From assembly GCA_963796275.1 (NCBI GenBank), contig CAWCKY010000003.1, positions 1,120,001 through 1,184,000 of the forward strand: 64,000 nt of DNA, read 5' to 3'. The DNA comes from an uncultured Acidobacteriota bacterium. GTDB taxonomy: Bacteria > Acidobacteriota > Blastocatellia > RBC074. Positions 62,548 through 64,000 of the stretch are shown one piece after another (position 1 is the stretch's first letter; each line of letters begins with the position of its first letter). The notes under the pieces are model-generated. The model had not been told where the DNA came from. It did not search any database and saw only the letters and a list, made by a program, of their open reading frames with translations. The position numbers and the translations under genes are program-made.

Positions 62548-63759
62548 ATGATAACGCTATCAGATGTACAATCGGCGCAGGCTCGTATGGGCCGCGCGAT
62601 ATATCACACTCCCATAACAGTCTCCCTGACGCTCAGCAAGTTATGCGGATGCCGGACATTCTTTAAACTTGAGAACCTGCAGATGACGGGAAGTTTTAAA
62701 GAGCGCGGGGCGCTCAATAAACTCCTGCAACTCTCTCAGGCTGAACGTCGTGCGGGCGTCATCGCCGCGAGCGCGGGGAACCACGCGCAGGGTGTCGCTT
62801 ATCACGCGAGCCGGTTGGGGATTAAATCGGTCATCGTCATGCCGCTAGCAACACCGCTCATCAAGGTCGTGAACACCCGCGACCTGGGCGGCGAAGTCGT
62901 CCTTCACGGCACGAATTATGACGAATCGCTGGCGTGCGCGAGGCAGTTGGGAGAGGAAAGAGGTCTGACTTTCGTGCACGCTTTCGACGACGAAATGGTG
63001 ATAGCAGGGCAAGGCACGATCGCGCTCGAATTGCTCGATGAGCGAACGCCATTTGATGCCGTGGTTGTGCCGGTAGGCGGGGGCGGATTGATCAGCGGTA
63101 TTGCGGTCGCCCTAAAAGAGATCGATCCGCAGATGCGGGTGATAGGCGTAGAGCCCGATCATTCCCCCAGTATGAAGGCGGCCATCCAGGCGGGCAGTCC
63201 GATCGAGGTCATGACTCAACCCTCCATCGCCGATGGTCTCTCAGTCAAGCGCGCGGGCGAACGGACTTTGGAGATCGTTAAACGATACGTCGATGAAGTC
63301 GTCAGCGTTTCAGAGGACGAAATCGCAAGCGCGATCCTTAAATTGCTGGAGATCGAAAAAACGGTGGTTGAAGGCGGAGGTGCCGCCGGCCTGGCTGCCG
63401 TGCTCTTCCGAAAGATCAGCGGAATTGAGGGCAAGAACGTCGCCATCATCATCAGCGGCGGCAATATCGATCCGAATCTTCTTTCAAAGATTATCGAGCG
63501 GGGCCTGGCAAAGGATGGGCGTCTCGTGCGCATCCGCGCAATCATGCGCGACCGGCCGGGCGAACTGGCGCGCATCTGCCAACATATAGCGGCGGTCGGC
63601 GCCAACATCTTGCAGGTCGAGCATAACCGGGCATTTTCGAACCTCGAGGTCGGGGGCGTCGAGATCGATATGACACTGGAGGCTCGCGGCCACGACCACG
63701 TTGCCCAGTTGCTGAATGTGCTTCGCGATGATGGAATCGAGGCCCGTAGGTTGGATTGA
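62548..63759 (+). CDS. ilvA: Threonine ammonia-lyase with single C-terminal ACT domain
   Basis: [42 protein letters not shown]. Confidence 0.92.
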   Translation: MITLSDVQSAQARMGRAIYHTPITVSLTLSKLCGCRTFFKLENLQMTGSFKERGALNKLLQLSQAERRAGVIAASAGNHAQGVAYHASRLGIKSVIVMPLATPLIKVVNTRDLGGEVVLHGTNYDESLACARQLGEERGLTFVHAFDDEMVIAGQGTIALELLDERTPFDAVVVPVGGGGLISGIAVALKEIDPQMRVIGVEPDHSPSMKAAIQAGSPIEVMTQPSIADGLSVKRAGERTLEIVKRYVDEVVSVSEDEIASAILKLLEIEKTVVEGGGAAGLAAVLFRKISGIEGKNVAIIISGGNIDPNLLSKIIERGLAKDGRLVRIRAIMRDRPGELARICQHIAAVGANILQVEHNRAFSNLEVGGVEIDMTLEARGHDHVAQLLNVLRDDGIEARRLD

Positions 63760-63772
63760 GAGAAAGAGAACC

Positions 63773-63851
63773 AGTCAGTATCGCGAGCGGTAGCCGATCG
63801 AAATTCTATCAATGACCGATTGATCCGACTCCACCGCTCGCGGTAATGATT
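63773..63851. repeat. REP-like inverted pair between convergent genes
   Basis: AGTCAGTATCGCGAGCGGTAG ... ACCGCTCGCGGTAATGATT. Confidence 0.7.
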
Positions 63852-64000
63852 TTAATACTTCAACTCTTCCAGTTTTACGGTCCGCTTCTTAGCTGCTGAT
63901 AGATCGGCCGCAAATACTACTCGGTGCGATTCAAAAGCGGTGTCGAAATCTGTCAGCGGCATATTTTCGCCCTGCCTCAAATTATCCACGAATGCCTGGA
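63852..64000 (-). CDS. C-terminus of probable Gfo/Idh/MocA oxidoreductase (partial)
   Basis: [10 protein letters not shown]...[32 protein letters not shown]. Confidence 0.55.
   Translation of the reverse strand, partial: QAFVDNLRQGENMPLTDFDTAFESHRVVFAADLSAAKKRTVKLEELKY

Overview
Bacterial chromosomal window. Gene content (lpxB, lpxL, ppc, STAS protein, ECF sigma/FecR/ABC cluster, CadC-like wHTH fusions) suggests an Acidobacterium, probably Blastocatellia-like; this is an inference, not a database result. Bases 1-18.9 kb and 47.3-64 kb are ordinary core genes separated by palindromic, heptamer and nonamer intergenic repeats. Bases ~18.9-47.2 kb are an accessory, heavily decayed region. It holds an S8-protease/RHS toxin-immunity locus split by three nested insertion elements (IS21-like ends > ISL3 > IS4/IS50-like, with target duplications visible for the outer and inner elements), and a duplicated ~470-bp orphan-gene cassette. 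It also holds a secreted HEAT-repeat protein, an ECF sigma followed by an 8-Cys secreted peptide, a caspase-like/ankyrin pair and many gene fragments. The most interesting intact unit is a paired STAND module: a winged-HTH-AAA_35 gene followed by an AAA_35-TM-coiled-coil-WD40 gene. Its 15 WD40 repeats are near-identical in DNA but vary at defined positions, and a shared phased repeat motif lies upstream of both genes. Single-base frameshifts in short homopolymers, including in core genes, suggest some pseudogene calls may be sequencing indels. All family calls are by-eye motif recognition; no searches were run.
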